Shown: positions 10,486-20,228, numbered from the stretch's first letter. The stretch: 64,000 bases of DNA from an uncultured delta proteobacterium (GCA_963745835.1 CAVUZH010000014.1:128001-192000), one strand, 5' to 3'. The notes: generated from the letters alone by a model not told the origin. Numbers and translations are program-made.

Positions 10486-11652
10486 ATGCAAAGTGAGCAA
10501 GCCGAACACATTAACCGCGCGCACTCGAAGTATGCCGCAATGGAGGAGCCAATATTGCCAGCAGAGTACGGAGAAGCGGAAGAGAGCTTTGCCGAGCTCA
10601 TAAAATCGAAGTGCCTGGACCACTACGTCACAGACCGCCCTGCGCCTGTTCGGCGATTCGAAGCCGCAGTTGAGAAAGCACTAAGCTATATCTATCCGGC
10701 AGGTCATAAAGGTATTAAGCCTCATTCAGGCCAAGCTGACGACTGCGCCCGGCTGTTCTTGCAGCGAGTGCTTTATCGAATCAATCGTCTCAAACTTTTC
10801 TGGTATGACAACCTCCAGAACTACGATAATGAACGTTCCGCCTATCTGCATCGGCTGCGAGATAGGATCGAGCAGGCCTGGCAAGCATGGGAACTGTCGT
10901 TCTTGGATGTTGCCGCGCTCGGCGGTGAGAACGTAGGTGAGGCGCTGCTGCGCCGCGCGGCATACGATGTCTCACCCCCGCCGTCCACGACCGGCCTCTA
11001 TTTTCGAGATCACGTGGGCCGGGTCGGTTATCGGCGCCTCCTGGCCATCGCATCTCTGGATGGCTTGGTCGAAGCGAGCCAGCTGTCGCGCACCCTTGGC
11101 GGAGTTTCAAACGACATACACTCAATGCTGACGCGCGTCCTGGTCGAGGAGTACGGCGGCGGGAAGCTCAATCGTAAGCATTCCACTTTTTTTTCTGCGA
11201 TGCTAAGCGAGCTCGAGATGCGCACAGAACCGGAAGCCTATTTCGACCTGGTTCCGTGGGAGGTGCTCGCGGCCATCAACCACAGCTTCTTACTCTCAGA
11301 ACGCAAACGGTTTTACTTACGCTACGTGGGCGGGTTGCTCTACACCGAAATCTCCGTGCCTGCTGCGTTCGATAATTATCGCGCGGCGGCCGAGCGGCTC
11401 GTTTTGCCAAAGGCCGCTCGCGGCTACTGGGAACTGCATATCAGAGAAGATAAGCGGCACGGACAGTGGATGCTTTACGACATAGCGTTGCCGCTGGCGG
11501 CGAGATATCCGGCGGAAGCCTGGGAGATCACGCTCGGTTATGATCAACAGAAGTTGATCAGCGAGCGTTCCGGCGCAAGCGTCGCTCGATCCGTGCGGGA
11601 CGCGGAGGTCGAAGCGGCGCATCAACAAACTGTTCGCCAGAGTGCAGCATGA
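10486..11652 (+). CDS. Heme-oxygenase-like diiron oxidase (iron-containing redox enzyme family)
   Basis: EEYGGG...KH, YTE, and WELHIREDKRH provide the E/H/E/H/D/H ligand pattern of HDOs; GGAGG RBS upstream. Confidence 0.85.
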   Translation: MQSEQAEHINRAHSKYAAMEEPILPAEYGEAEESFAELIKSKCLDHYVTDRPAPVRRFEAAVEKALSYIYPAGHKGIKPHSGQADDCARLFLQRVLYRINRLKLFWYDNLQNYDNERSAYLHRLRDRIEQAWQAWELSFLDVAALGGENVGEALLRRAAYDVSPPPSTTGLYFRDHVGRVGYRRLLAIASLDGLVEASQLSRTLGGVSNDIHSMLTRVLVEEYGGGKLNRKHSTFFSAMLSELEMRTEPEAYFDLVPWEVLAAINHSFLLSERKRFYLRYVGGLLYTEISVPAAFDNYRAAAERLVLPKAARGYWELHIREDKRHGQWMLYDIALPLAARYPAEAWEITLGYDQQKLISERSGASVARSVRDAEVEAAHQQTVRQSAA

Positions 11653-12713
11653 GCCACGCTGGATCCGCCCCCTTTCGTTGCACGTACATCTTGCCGATCC
11701 GGCGTGTGCGCGCGCGTTCCCAGGAAGCTCATGAGTTGGCGGGATACTTCCGCGAACTTGCGCGTGAAGGTTGCGAAGTCCTGGTTGTGGACGGCTCCTC
11801 TCCTGAGATCTTCGCACAGCACGACCACGCCTGGCGTAAGCTGTGCCGCCACGTTCCAGTCGATCGAAGGTACACTTATCTCAATGGGAAAGTGAATGGG
11901 GTCCACACCGGCGTTGATCTTGCGAGCTGCAAAAGCATTATTCTCGCCGATGACGACATCCGTTATTCGTCCGAAGATATCCGGCGCGCGTGTAAGCTGC
12001 TTAAGCGGCACGATATGGTACGGCCGCAGAATTATCTCGCGCCGCTACCATGGTGGGCGCGAACGGAGGCGGCGCGGATGCTGATCAATCGAGGCGTTCT
12101 ACGATCCGGAGATTACCCCGGCACTTGCGCGTTTCGCCGCTCCGTGTGTCTGCGCTTCGGCCATTACGACGGGGACGTCTTGTTCGACAATGAAGAAATC
12201 GTGCGCCACTTCATCTTAAATGGAGGCGATGTCTGCTACGCACCCGATTTTTTTATTCTGAAGCGACCTCCAACATTGCGCAAATGGGTCGAGCAACGTC
12301 CGCGTCAAGCCTACGAAGACTTCGATATGCGCACGAAAACGATCCTGTTCATGTCTCTGCTACCCTCGGCAATCGCACTAGCATTGTTGAGTGGCGCCCG
12401 TGCTGCGCTGGTGTTTCTCCTCGTCGTATCAATCTGCGCGGCGGTCGTTGCCGGCCGTGGCCTGTTGCGGGATCAAGCGTATCATTTTTTTCCTGCTCAT
12501 TTGATCCTCTATGCGCCGCTGTGGATACTCGAGCGTGGTCTGAGCGTTTATTGGGCGCTGTACTGGCGCCTCGCTCACGGCGGTTATCCGTTCGGGGAAC
12601 ATTTGCTGTCCAAGGGAACTGGGCGAGCATGGAGCGCGGCTCGCGCGTGTATGCGAAAGTCGCACGCTTTGACGGGTCCATCGCGCCAGGGCCTAACCCG
12701 GTCGAGTGATTAA
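11649..12713 (+). CDS. GT-A fold glycosyltransferase (GT2/GT21-like) with C-terminal TM helices
   Basis: VVDGS, NGKVNG, ADDD (DxD), QRPRQ (QxxRW-like), hydrophobic C-terminus; ATGA overlap with the upstream gene. Confidence 0.8.
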   Translation: MSHAGSAPFRCTYILPIRRVRARSQEAHELAGYFRELAREGCEVLVVDGSSPEIFAQHDHAWRKLCRHVPVDRRYTYLNGKVNGVHTGVDLASCKSIILADDDIRYSSEDIRRACKLLKRHDMVRPQNYLAPLPWWARTEAARMLINRGVLRSGDYPGTCAFRRSVCLRFGHYDGDVLFDNEEIVRHFILNGGDVCYAPDFFILKRPPTLRKWVEQRPRQAYEDFDMRTKTILFMSLLPSAIALALLSGARAALVFLLVVSICAAVVAGRGLLRDQAYHFFPAHLILYAPLWILERGLSVYWALYWRLAHGGYPFGEHLLSKGTGRAWSAARACMRKSHALTGPSRQGLTRSSD

Positions 12714-12730
12714 GATTAACGGAGAAAAGG

Positions 12731-14221
12731 ATGCTCGACAGCAAAGACGTGCACCGCTGGCCCGAACTCGGAGACATGCCGGCAGAGGAGTTCCGCGAAG
12801 CTCTGCATCGGGTTGCCGATTGGGTGGCAGACTATCGTGAGAGCATCGAAGAGCTGAGAATTTCGCCAGACATTGCGCCTGGCGAGATCAGCGCCCGGCT
12901 GCCGCAAGTTCCGCCCGAGGCTCCCGGACGGTTCAATGATATTTTTCGCGACTTTCAAAAATCGATAATCCCCGGCGTCGTGCACTGGGGACATCCTGCG
13001 TTCTTCGGCTATTTCGGCTCGACGACAACCGCTGCGGGAATTCTGGGCGAAATGCTGATGGGAGCACTCAATGTTAGTGCGATGACTTGGCGCACCTCGC
13101 CTTCCGCAACCGAACTTGAAACCTTGGTCCTCGACTGGCTGCGCCAGATGCTTGGGCTTCCCGTGGACTATACAGGTGTCGTTTACGACACCGCTTCAGT
13201 AGCTGTAATGCATGCCCTGGCGGCGGCGCGTGAGAATCTCGGTGTCAATGCCCGCGCGCACGGTTTATGCGGGCGGCCCGAAGTTCCTGGCTTGCGGATT
13301 TATGCCTCAGATCAGGCGCACAGCTCAGTTGAGAAAGCGGCTATCACCCTTGGCATCGGCGAACAAAATGTGCGCCGAGTGCCATGCGAGACGACCTATC
13401 GCATGGAAGTATCTGCGCTCCGCAGCGCCATCGACACGGACTTGCGCGGCGGCCTGCTGCCGATGGCAGTCATTGCCACCGTCGGCACAACTTCGACAAC
13501 CAGCGTCGATCCGGTGGATGAAATTGCCGCGCTATGTGACGAGCACCGGTTATGGCTGCATGTTGACGCGGCGTATGGTGGAGCGATGGCTCTCTTGCCG
13601 GAAGGTCGTTCCGTGATGAAGGGAGTCGAGGCGGCTGACTCCATTGTAGTCAATCCGCATAAATGGTTATTCGTCCCGCTCGACTTCAGCGCGCTCTACC
13701 TCAGAAGGCCGGAGCTCCTGCGCGCAACCTTCTCGCTCGTCCCCGAGTACCTGCGCGGCGATGCCGAACAGGCCGAACGCAACTATATGGACTACGGCAT
13801 ACAACTTGGTCGCCGCTTTCGCGCTCTCAAGGCCTGGATGGTTATCCGCAGCTTCGGCACCGAAGGGCTTGCCGCCCGGATTCGGGAGCACATTCGCCTG
13901 GCGCGCTTGTTTGCATCCTGGCTCGATGCCGATCCGGAGTTCGAGCTGCTGGCGCCGGTGACAATGGCTGTGGTCTGCTTCCGCATAGCGCCCCATGGGC
14001 TTGGAACTAGACAGGCGGTGGACCAAGAGCTTAACGCTTTTAATCGACGGCTCGTCGAAGCAGTCAATCGCACCGGCGAAGCCTATCTAACCTACACCAC
14101 ATTAAATGGCCATACTGCAATGCGGCTAGCGGTCGGCAACATCTTAACCACTGAGCGTCATCTCACGAAGGCTTTTGATCTGATCAGGCGTGAGGCCGCT
14201 CGGCTTTGCCCAGCTCGTTAA
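12731..14221 (+). CDS. Group II PLP-dependent (aromatic L-amino acid type) decarboxylase
   Basis: HWGHP.FFGYF, SPSATELE, SDQAHSSVEKA, WLHVDAAYGG, NPHKW (PLP lysine), GRRFRALK. Confidence 0.92.
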   Translation: MLDSKDVHRWPELGDMPAEEFREALHRVADWVADYRESIEELRISPDIAPGEISARLPQVPPEAPGRFNDIFRDFQKSIIPGVVHWGHPAFFGYFGSTTTAAGILGEMLMGALNVSAMTWRTSPSATELETLVLDWLRQMLGLPVDYTGVVYDTASVAVMHALAAARENLGVNARAHGLCGRPEVPGLRIYASDQAHSSVEKAAITLGIGEQNVRRVPCETTYRMEVSALRSAIDTDLRGGLLPMAVIATVGTTSTTSVDPVDEIAALCDEHRLWLHVDAAYGGAMALLPEGRSVMKGVEAADSIVVNPHKWLFVPLDFSALYLRRPELLRATFSLVPEYLRGDAEQAERNYMDYGIQLGRRFRALKAWMVIRSFGTEGLAARIREHIRLARLFASWLDADPEFELLAPVTMAVVCFRIAPHGLGTRQAVDQELNAFNRRLVEAVNRTGEAYLTYTTLNGHTAMRLAVGNILTTERHLTKAFDLIRREAARLCPAR

Positions 14222-14288
14222 CGCCGTTGCCGCTTCATAGAAGAGCATTACTAGCAGTCGGCAATGCCGCCGAAATCATTGAAGACCG

Positions 14289-15563
14289 ATGTATTCACAA
14301 GTAACAGTCAAAATTGAAAGCCGCGTCCATCTTCTGAGCACTCTCGCTGAAGCAGCCGAGCTAGAGCACGACCTGATGTGCATGTATCTCTATGCTGCTT
14401 TCAGTTTCAAGCGAACGACCGCTGAAGGTCTTACAGTCGAGGAGATGGACGCAGTCAATGGTTGGCGCAAGACGCTTCTCAATATCTGTGTTGAAGAGAT
14501 GACCCATCTGGCGCTGGTTGCCAATCTCACCACCGCAGTCGGCGGCGGCGCGCATTTTTTTCGTCCCGAGTTTCCCGTGCGACCCGGGTATTTCCCTTCC
14601 GAGTTTGTTCTGGGGCTCGCGCCATTTAACCAGGAGACGCTTCAGCACTTTATATTCCTTGAGCGCCCTGAGGACGAACCTATAGAAGATGCCGACGAGT
14701 TTATTCCGGAGAAAGAATACACCCGCAGCAGCGCGAGGGGCCGGCTTATGGATCATACGGGTGACTACTCGACAGTCGGACAGCTCTATGAAGCTATCGA
14801 GTACGGAGTTGTGTCTCTGAGCTCCGCTTTAGGTGAAAGCAATCTTTTCTGCGGCTCCCCTTCTGTGCAGATCTCTCCCGACGACGTAGAATTGAAAGGG
14901 CTGGCAGTCGTAACCGACAAAGCTTCGGCTATGGAGGTGCTTCGGCTGATCGTTGAGCAAGGCGAAGGGGCGCGCACAACGAAAGGGTCGCACTATGATA
15001 AATTCAGCCGGATAGCCGAAGAGTATGACTGGCTCCTAAGGAAAAACCCAACTTTTGAACCAAGCAGGCCCGCGGCCAGAAATCCTGTGATGCGAAAGCC
15101 GACGACCTCGGAGCGGCGAGTTTGGGTTAATCAGACGCCCGCGTCTGATTATCTGGATCTGGCCAACGCACTATATGGCCTGATGCTGCGATTCTTAGTT
15201 CAGGTGTATTCAATGGAGAACCGCAGTCAGTCGGTTAAAAACACTCTTCTCAAAGCCGCGTTTTCCTTGATGCATGCAGTGGCCGCCGTCGCCACGCTGC
15301 TGACTAAGTTTCCTGCTAGTCGCGATTGCCCCGGAACGACGGCGGGAATAAACTTTGCCCTCAATAGGTATTTCACACCCTCCGAACTGACCAGTGAGAA
15401 GCTTCTTCTTATCGAGCGGCTTGACGAGATTCTGGATGGTCTGCGACCGCTTCGCGATGACGCGGAAGATCAGAGGGCGGGCGAGAGAAAGGAGCTCGCA
15501 GCTAGTCTCGATTCAGTAAAGAACACGCTCGGAAAAGTTCGAGAGTCCTTGGAGATCATCTAA
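14289..15563 (+). CDS. Ferritin-like domain protein (PF12902-type, as in VioB/RebD/StaD)
   Basis: AAELEH..MCMYLYAAFS, EEMTHL...NL..AVGG, YSTVGQLY, IVEQGEG, SHY.KF. Confidence 0.8.
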   Translation: MYSQVTVKIESRVHLLSTLAEAAELEHDLMCMYLYAAFSFKRTTAEGLTVEEMDAVNGWRKTLLNICVEEMTHLALVANLTTAVGGGAHFFRPEFPVRPGYFPSEFVLGLAPFNQETLQHFIFLERPEDEPIEDADEFIPEKEYTRSSARGRLMDHTGDYSTVGQLYEAIEYGVVSLSSALGESNLFCGSPSVQISPDDVELKGLAVVTDKASAMEVLRLIVEQGEGARTTKGSHYDKFSRIAEEYDWLLRKNPTFEPSRPAARNPVMRKPTTSERRVWVNQTPASDYLDLANALYGLMLRFLVQVYSMENRSQSVKNTLLKAAFSLMHAVAAVATLLTKFPASRDCPGTTAGINFALNRYFTPSELTSEKLLLIERLDEILDGLRPLRDDAEDQRAGERKELAASLDSVKNTLGKVRESLEII

Positions 15564-15786
15564 TCGAGCAAACGGGCGGCGACCTACAGGCGCTGCAAGC
15601 TCGCGTTGCGCGAGGGGCCGACCTCGTCAGAGTCAAAGTAGCGAGGAGGATTGCTGGGACGAGGCCAAGAACTCTCACACATTTTGCGGACCAGGCACGG
15701 CTGCGTAGAGTCCTCTGGGTCGATGGTGCTCGCGAGCCGAACACAGCATAGGACTACTTTCAAGAACCTCTGAGAAGGATCACTGA

Positions 15787-17649
15787 TTGAGCACTATCAA
15801 CAAAACGTCCGGAGCAAGACGTCCGAAGCCGCGAGGAAGTCTTGCGCGGGCTCGTGCCGTCCGCGGCGACAAATTGCCGTCGGTACTAATTCTTCCAACC
15901 CTAATTTTAATCATTGCTACTCTCTATTTGGGGCAAGCGTTTCTAATCCCGGTTGCGCTGTCAATCTTGCTGACGTTTCTCCTAACCCCAGTTGCCGATG
16001 CTTTAGAGCGGCTCGGCTTAGGGCGACTGGCTTCGGTGATGATTATCGTCGTTCTGGCCTTTTCGCTGCTCGCCGCAATCGGTTGGCTGGTAACGGTCCA
16101 GCTGACCACCGTCGCCAACGAGTTGCCGACCTATAGAAGCAACATCCGAGAAAAGATTAGCGATATACGCGGCGCCGGTAAGGGAGGGGCTCTCGAGAAG
16201 ATTCGCGAGACTGCCGAAGAGGTGAAAGAGGAATTTAGCAAAGACGAGCCCGCAGCGGCCGCATCAAAGCCGCGCGAAGTTGTCGTTCAATCTGAGGAAT
16301 CGTCGACGTTCTGGCCCATGCCTCTGGCCACCGCGCCGATGTTGGAACGGATGGCTTCAGCCGGCCTGGTGATCGTGCTGGTGATTTTTATGCTCATCCA
16401 GCGCGAAAACCTGCGCAATCGTCTGATCCGTCTGATCGGTTATAGTCGAGTGACGATAACCACCAAGGCTCTCGAAGAAGCGACGCAGCGAATCAGCCGC
16501 TATCTGCTCATGCAATCAATTATCAACGCGTCATTTGGAATCGCAGTCTGCATCGCGCTTTACTTGTTCGGCCTGCCTTACGCGTTCCTGTGGGGATTCT
16601 TGGCTGCGGTACTGCGGTTTATTCCCTATGTCGGACCCGTTGCCGCGGCACTCCTGCCGAGCGTCCTTAGCATGGCGGTTTTTCCAGGGTGGACTTGGCC
16701 ACTCCTGGTGATTGCGACGATCATTGTCTTAGAACTCATCAACAATATGATTCTAGAGCCTCTCCTCTACGGTGAAAGCGCCGGCGTATCTGAAGTCGGT
16801 CTTCTCATAGCGGTCGCGTTCTGGACTTGGCTTTGGGGACCCATCGGTCTTGTTCTCTCGACGCCGCTGACAGTCTGCGTTGTCGTGATCAGCAAATATA
16901 TGCCTCAATTGGATTTCATTGGAGTTCTGATGAGCGACGAGCCGGTGATCGAGCCAAGCATCAGCTATTATCAGAGACTGCTGGCCATGGATCAGGACGA
17001 AGCGGCGGAAATAGTCGAAGAGCATCTAAAGTCACATCCTAAAGAGGAGATCTTTGACGATCTCCTGGTGCCGGCGTTAAATTATCTCAAGAGAGATTTC
17101 GCTTTCGGTAAGATGGCGGACAACGAGCAACAATTTGTCCTGCAAGCGACCCGCCAGATAATCGAGGAACTTGACGTCTTCAAAACGGAAAACGGGTCGT
17201 TGCCGGCACCGGCCGCGGAAATCGCAACGGCAGCTGCAACGCAAACTCCAGAGGGCACGCCCAAGGTCCAAATCATGGGCTGTCCGGTTCGCGATGAAGC
17301 CGACGAGCTGTCTTTGCTGATGCTTCGACAGTTACTCGATCCTCTCCGTTATGAACTTGAGGTTATTGCCGATGAGCTGCTGGCGGCCGAGATTATCGAC
17401 CAGATCGCCGACAAAAAGCCTGCTTTAATTTGTCTTGCTTCGCTGCCGCCTGGCGGCTTAGCTCAGACGCGATACCTGTGCAAACGATTACGCGCGCGAT
17501 TTCCCGACAGCAAGCTTATCGTCGGTCGATGGGGTGGCCGAACCGACAATAGCAACGCGCTGACCGATGCCGGCGCCGATAGGATCGGGAATAAAATTAT
17601 CGAAACCCGCGATCAGATCGTCCAGTTAAGCCAAATTCTTCCTCACTGA
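15787..17649 (+). CDS. AI-2E family transporter with C-terminal soluble (B12-binding-like) domain
   Basis: LIPVALSILLTFLL.P, LRFIPYVGP, EP.LYG...GVS, FWTWLWGPIGL.LSTPLTVC; start codon uncertain. Confidence 0.88.
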   Translation: MSTINKTSGARRPKPRGSLARARAVRGDKLPSVLILPTLILIIATLYLGQAFLIPVALSILLTFLLTPVADALERLGLGRLASVMIIVVLAFSLLAAIGWLVTVQLTTVANELPTYRSNIREKISDIRGAGKGGALEKIRETAEEVKEEFSKDEPAAAASKPREVVVQSEESSTFWPMPLATAPMLERMASAGLVIVLVIFMLIQRENLRNRLIRLIGYSRVTITTKALEEATQRISRYLLMQSIINASFGIAVCIALYLFGLPYAFLWGFLAAVLRFIPYVGPVAAALLPSVLSMAVFPGWTWPLLVIATIIVLELINNMILEPLLYGESAGVSEVGLLIAVAFWTWLWGPIGLVLSTPLTVCVVVISKYMPQLDFIGVLMSDEPVIEPSISYYQRLLAMDQDEAAEIVEEHLKSHPKEEIFDDLLVPALNYLKRDFAFGKMADNEQQFVLQATRQIIEELDVFKTENGSLPAPAAEIATAAATQTPEGTPKVQIMGCPVRDEADELSLLMLRQLLDPLRYELEVIADELLAAEIIDQIADKKPALICLASLPPGGLAQTRYLCKRLRARFPDSKLIVGRWGGRTDNSNALTDAGADRIGNKIIETRDQIVQLSQILPH

Positions 17650-17752
17650 TTGACGCGCAGAAATTCTCATCAGCAGCCGCGCTGCTTCGTTTAGAGCTTC
17701 CTTCGAATTCAATCTATTCCGATTAATTGCAACGATGCGCTGTACCACTCAC

Positions 17753-17788
17753 TTGGAATTAGCGCCTTGGTCAGTATAATTGTGTTGT
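17753..17788 (+). promoter_or_regulatory. Putative sigma70 promoter, (near-)leaderless
   Basis: TTGGAA-N16-TATAAT-N8-ATG(17789), no SD. Confidence 0.45.
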
Positions 17789-19297
17789 ATGCAATCGGTT
17801 TATGTCGCCGGAATCGGTATGACGAAGTTCGGTAAGGATCCGAGGTCCTTGGCCGAGATTTGCCATGACGCGGCTCAAACGGCGCTAACCTCTTCCGAAA
17901 TACAGGAAGTGGACGCAATTTATATCGGCGCCATGAATCCGGAGGAATTTACCGGTGACAGCAATATTGCTTCGCACATTGCCGACGCCCTGGGGCTAAC
18001 TGGGATCCCGGCGGTGCGTATCGAAACTGCGTCTTCCGCCGGAGCGGCGGCGATTCAGGCCGGTTTCCAAGCCGTAGCATCAGGTTATTACCGCCGCGTT
18101 CTGATTCTCGGCGGTGAGAAGATGACCCACCTCAGCACCAGCGCGACCACAAGAGTTTTGGCCGGCGTCATCGACAAAGAGGAACGCCAGTGCGGCGCCA
18201 CCATGCCGGCGTTGGCGGCGATGATCACTGAAAAATATCGCGAGAAATTCAATCTGTCACAGTCCCGGTTGGAGACGATGTTGTGCGCCGTCGCGGTAAA
18301 GAATCACGGCAATGGCGCGCATAACCCGATGGCGCAATTTCAGAAGCCGATCAGCCGCGAGACCTATCTGGCGAGCAAATACGTCGCCACCCCGCTGCGT
18401 CTTTATGACTGTTCGCCGATTACCGACGGCGCCGCGGCAGTCGTGCTTACCGGCGAAAAAACAGACGTGCGGTTGGCGGGCGTCGGTCAGGGAACCGGCC
18501 CGCTCAGCCTGCGAGGACGAGAGATTTTTACCTCATTTCCAGCCACCCGGATGGCGGCAGCGCGCGCCTATCAGATGGCTGAGACTTCGCCGCAGGGAAT
18601 CGAGTTTGCCGAGGTGCACGATGCGTTCACCCCCTTCGAAATTATCACCACCGAGGATTTAGGTTTTTTTGCCCCAGGCAAAGGCGGCGATGCGGTCCTG
18701 GAAGGCGTCACCGCAATCGACGGACGGTTGCCGGTAAACCCGTCAGGCGGTTTGAAAGCGCGCGGACATCCCGTCGGGGCGAGCGGACTGGCGCAGATCG
18801 TCGAAGCGGTGAAAAGGCTGCGCGGCGAAAGCGGTTCAAAACATCAATTTAACCGAGGCCTGACACAGAGCACCGGCGGGCTTGCCAGCAATAACTTCGT
18901 CACCATTCTCGAGCGCACTGACGCATCGTTGCCGCGCACTTCTGGATTTCCGCAGCCCGCTCGGCAAGTCGCGAAGAGCCGCCCGGCGAAGATGCCACTG
19001 AGCAACGAGGGCGTGATCGAAACCTTCACGATCCTCTATGTCACCCCGGACGGATTTTTGCCGCCGCTGGCGCTCGCGTTGGTCCGGGAACAGAATGGTC
19101 GCCTGATCGTGGCGCAGGGAGAAGAAAGCAAACACCTGAAGATCGGCCGTGAAGTTTACCTGAAGCGAATTGAGGACTACTATCTCTTTACCCTCAAGGG
19201 ACGTTTCAAGATGGTCCAGGACTCTCTGAAAAGAAGTCTTTGGCAACGCGCCAGAGCTCTCGTAAGAAAGCCGATCCCTGCAGACGGTAAATTATAA
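17789..19297 (+). CDS. SCP2/archaeal-type thiolase-fold protein fused to a C-terminal DUF35-like OB domain
   Basis: GIGMTKFG, CSPITDGAAA, EVHDAF, VNPSGGLKARGHPVGASG; C-terminal G.IETFTI...P.GF.PP..LALV resembles the DUF35 OB fold. Confidence 0.85.
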   Translation: MQSVYVAGIGMTKFGKDPRSLAEICHDAAQTALTSSEIQEVDAIYIGAMNPEEFTGDSNIASHIADALGLTGIPAVRIETASSAGAAAIQAGFQAVASGYYRRVLILGGEKMTHLSTSATTRVLAGVIDKEERQCGATMPALAAMITEKYREKFNLSQSRLETMLCAVAVKNHGNGAHNPMAQFQKPISRETYLASKYVATPLRLYDCSPITDGAAAVVLTGEKTDVRLAGVGQGTGPLSLRGREIFTSFPATRMAAARAYQMAETSPQGIEFAEVHDAFTPFEIITTEDLGFFAPGKGGDAVLEGVTAIDGRLPVNPSGGLKARGHPVGASGLAQIVEAVKRLRGESGSKHQFNRGLTQSTGGLASNNFVTILERTDASLPRTSGFPQPARQVAKSRPAKMPLSNEGVIETFTILYVTPDGFLPPLALALVREQNGRLIVAQGEESKHLKIGREVYLKRIEDYYLFTLKGRFKMVQDSLKRSLWQRARALVRKPIPADGKL

Positions 19298-19299
19298 TT

Positions 19300-19980
19300 A
19301 TGCTAGGCGCCAATCGAGCAGAAAAAAAATTCAGAGCGTCGGTTGAGGACGCCGCCGGCGAGATTCGAAAGGCAATCCTCCAAGGCAAGATATTGCCCGG
19401 AGAGCAGCTCTCGGAAGAAAAGCTGGCGGCCTCTCTCCGCGCCAGCCGGGTGGTGCTTCGAGAAGCGTTACGAGCATTAGAAGCGCAGGGCTATGTGACG
19501 TTTTTGCCCAATAAGCATGTAGTCGCCAGCAATCCATCGCGCGATGACATGCATGACTACTACACGATCGCCGGCGTGCTGGAAGGCTTGGCGGCGCGGC
19601 TTGCCGTAGAGAGAGCGCAGCCGGACGAGATCGCCCGCCTGCGCGAACTGCACCAGGTTCTCAGAGAAGCATGCCATAAGGGCGATGTGCTTCAGTACTT
19701 CGATGCCAACAGCAATTTTCATCGCTTCATCGCCGAGCTGTCGCACAACGAGCGGCTCTACCAGTTGATAGAGGAACTGCGGCGTGAAATTCAGAAAACC
19801 CGTCTGCTGTCGTTGCATATGCCGCAGCGACTCGACTATTCGATGCGCGAGCATGATCAGATCATGGATGCTTTTCTCAAGAAAAATCCCCAATTGGCCG
19901 AAAGCATGATGGTGCAACATCTCTCTAATCATTTGAAAGCCCTCGGAAAGGCCCTCGATTCGGGCAGCGAACCGCGCTAG
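19300..19980 (+). CDS. GntR family (FCD) transcriptional regulator
   Basis: PGEQLSE..LA..L.ASR...REAL..L HTH; N..FH and EH..I FCD motifs. Confidence 0.92.
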   Translation: MLGANRAEKKFRASVEDAAGEIRKAILQGKILPGEQLSEEKLAASLRASRVVLREALRALEAQGYVTFLPNKHVVASNPSRDDMHDYYTIAGVLEGLAARLAVERAQPDEIARLRELHQVLREACHKGDVLQYFDANSNFHRFIAELSHNERLYQLIEELRREIQKTRLLSLHMPQRLDYSMREHDQIMDAFLKKNPQLAESMMVQHLSNHLKALGKALDSGSEPR

Positions 19981-20138
19981 AGCGGCATCCCCTCGCGTAA
20001 CCCGCGCGCATCAAATACAGGGCACTTAACTCGCTCGTGAGTTCGATCCGGTTCTTTGTTTTGCTCATGCGCCGCTGACAATAGCCCAGCAGTTTAGTAC
20101 CTGCAGCGTAGCTGCGAGCTCAAAGCTTTAACCAGGAG

Positions 20139-20174
20139 ATGACATCCGAACTGTTTTTGAGTAGAGTCCTCGCA
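20139..20174 (+). promoter_or_regulatory. Putative sigma70 promoter upstream of anSME
   Basis: ATGACA-N17-TAGAGT-N7-ATG(20175). Confidence 0.5.
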
Positions 20175-20228
20175 ATGGATTGCGTCCCGCGGCGGCCACT
20201 TCTTTTAGGCTTTGGAGGTAACGGTTGA
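20175..20228 (+). CDS. Candidate 17-aa leaderless peptide [17 protein letters not shown] (CxPxR motif)
   Basis: ATG lies at the predicted +1; TGA overlaps the TTG start of anSME (TTGA). Confidence 0.3.
   Translation: MDCVPRRPLLLGFGGNG

Noticed and set aside
20025-20062. GTTCGATCC resembling a tRNA T-loop
   Set aside because: No T-stem, acceptor stem or cloverleaf can be formed around it
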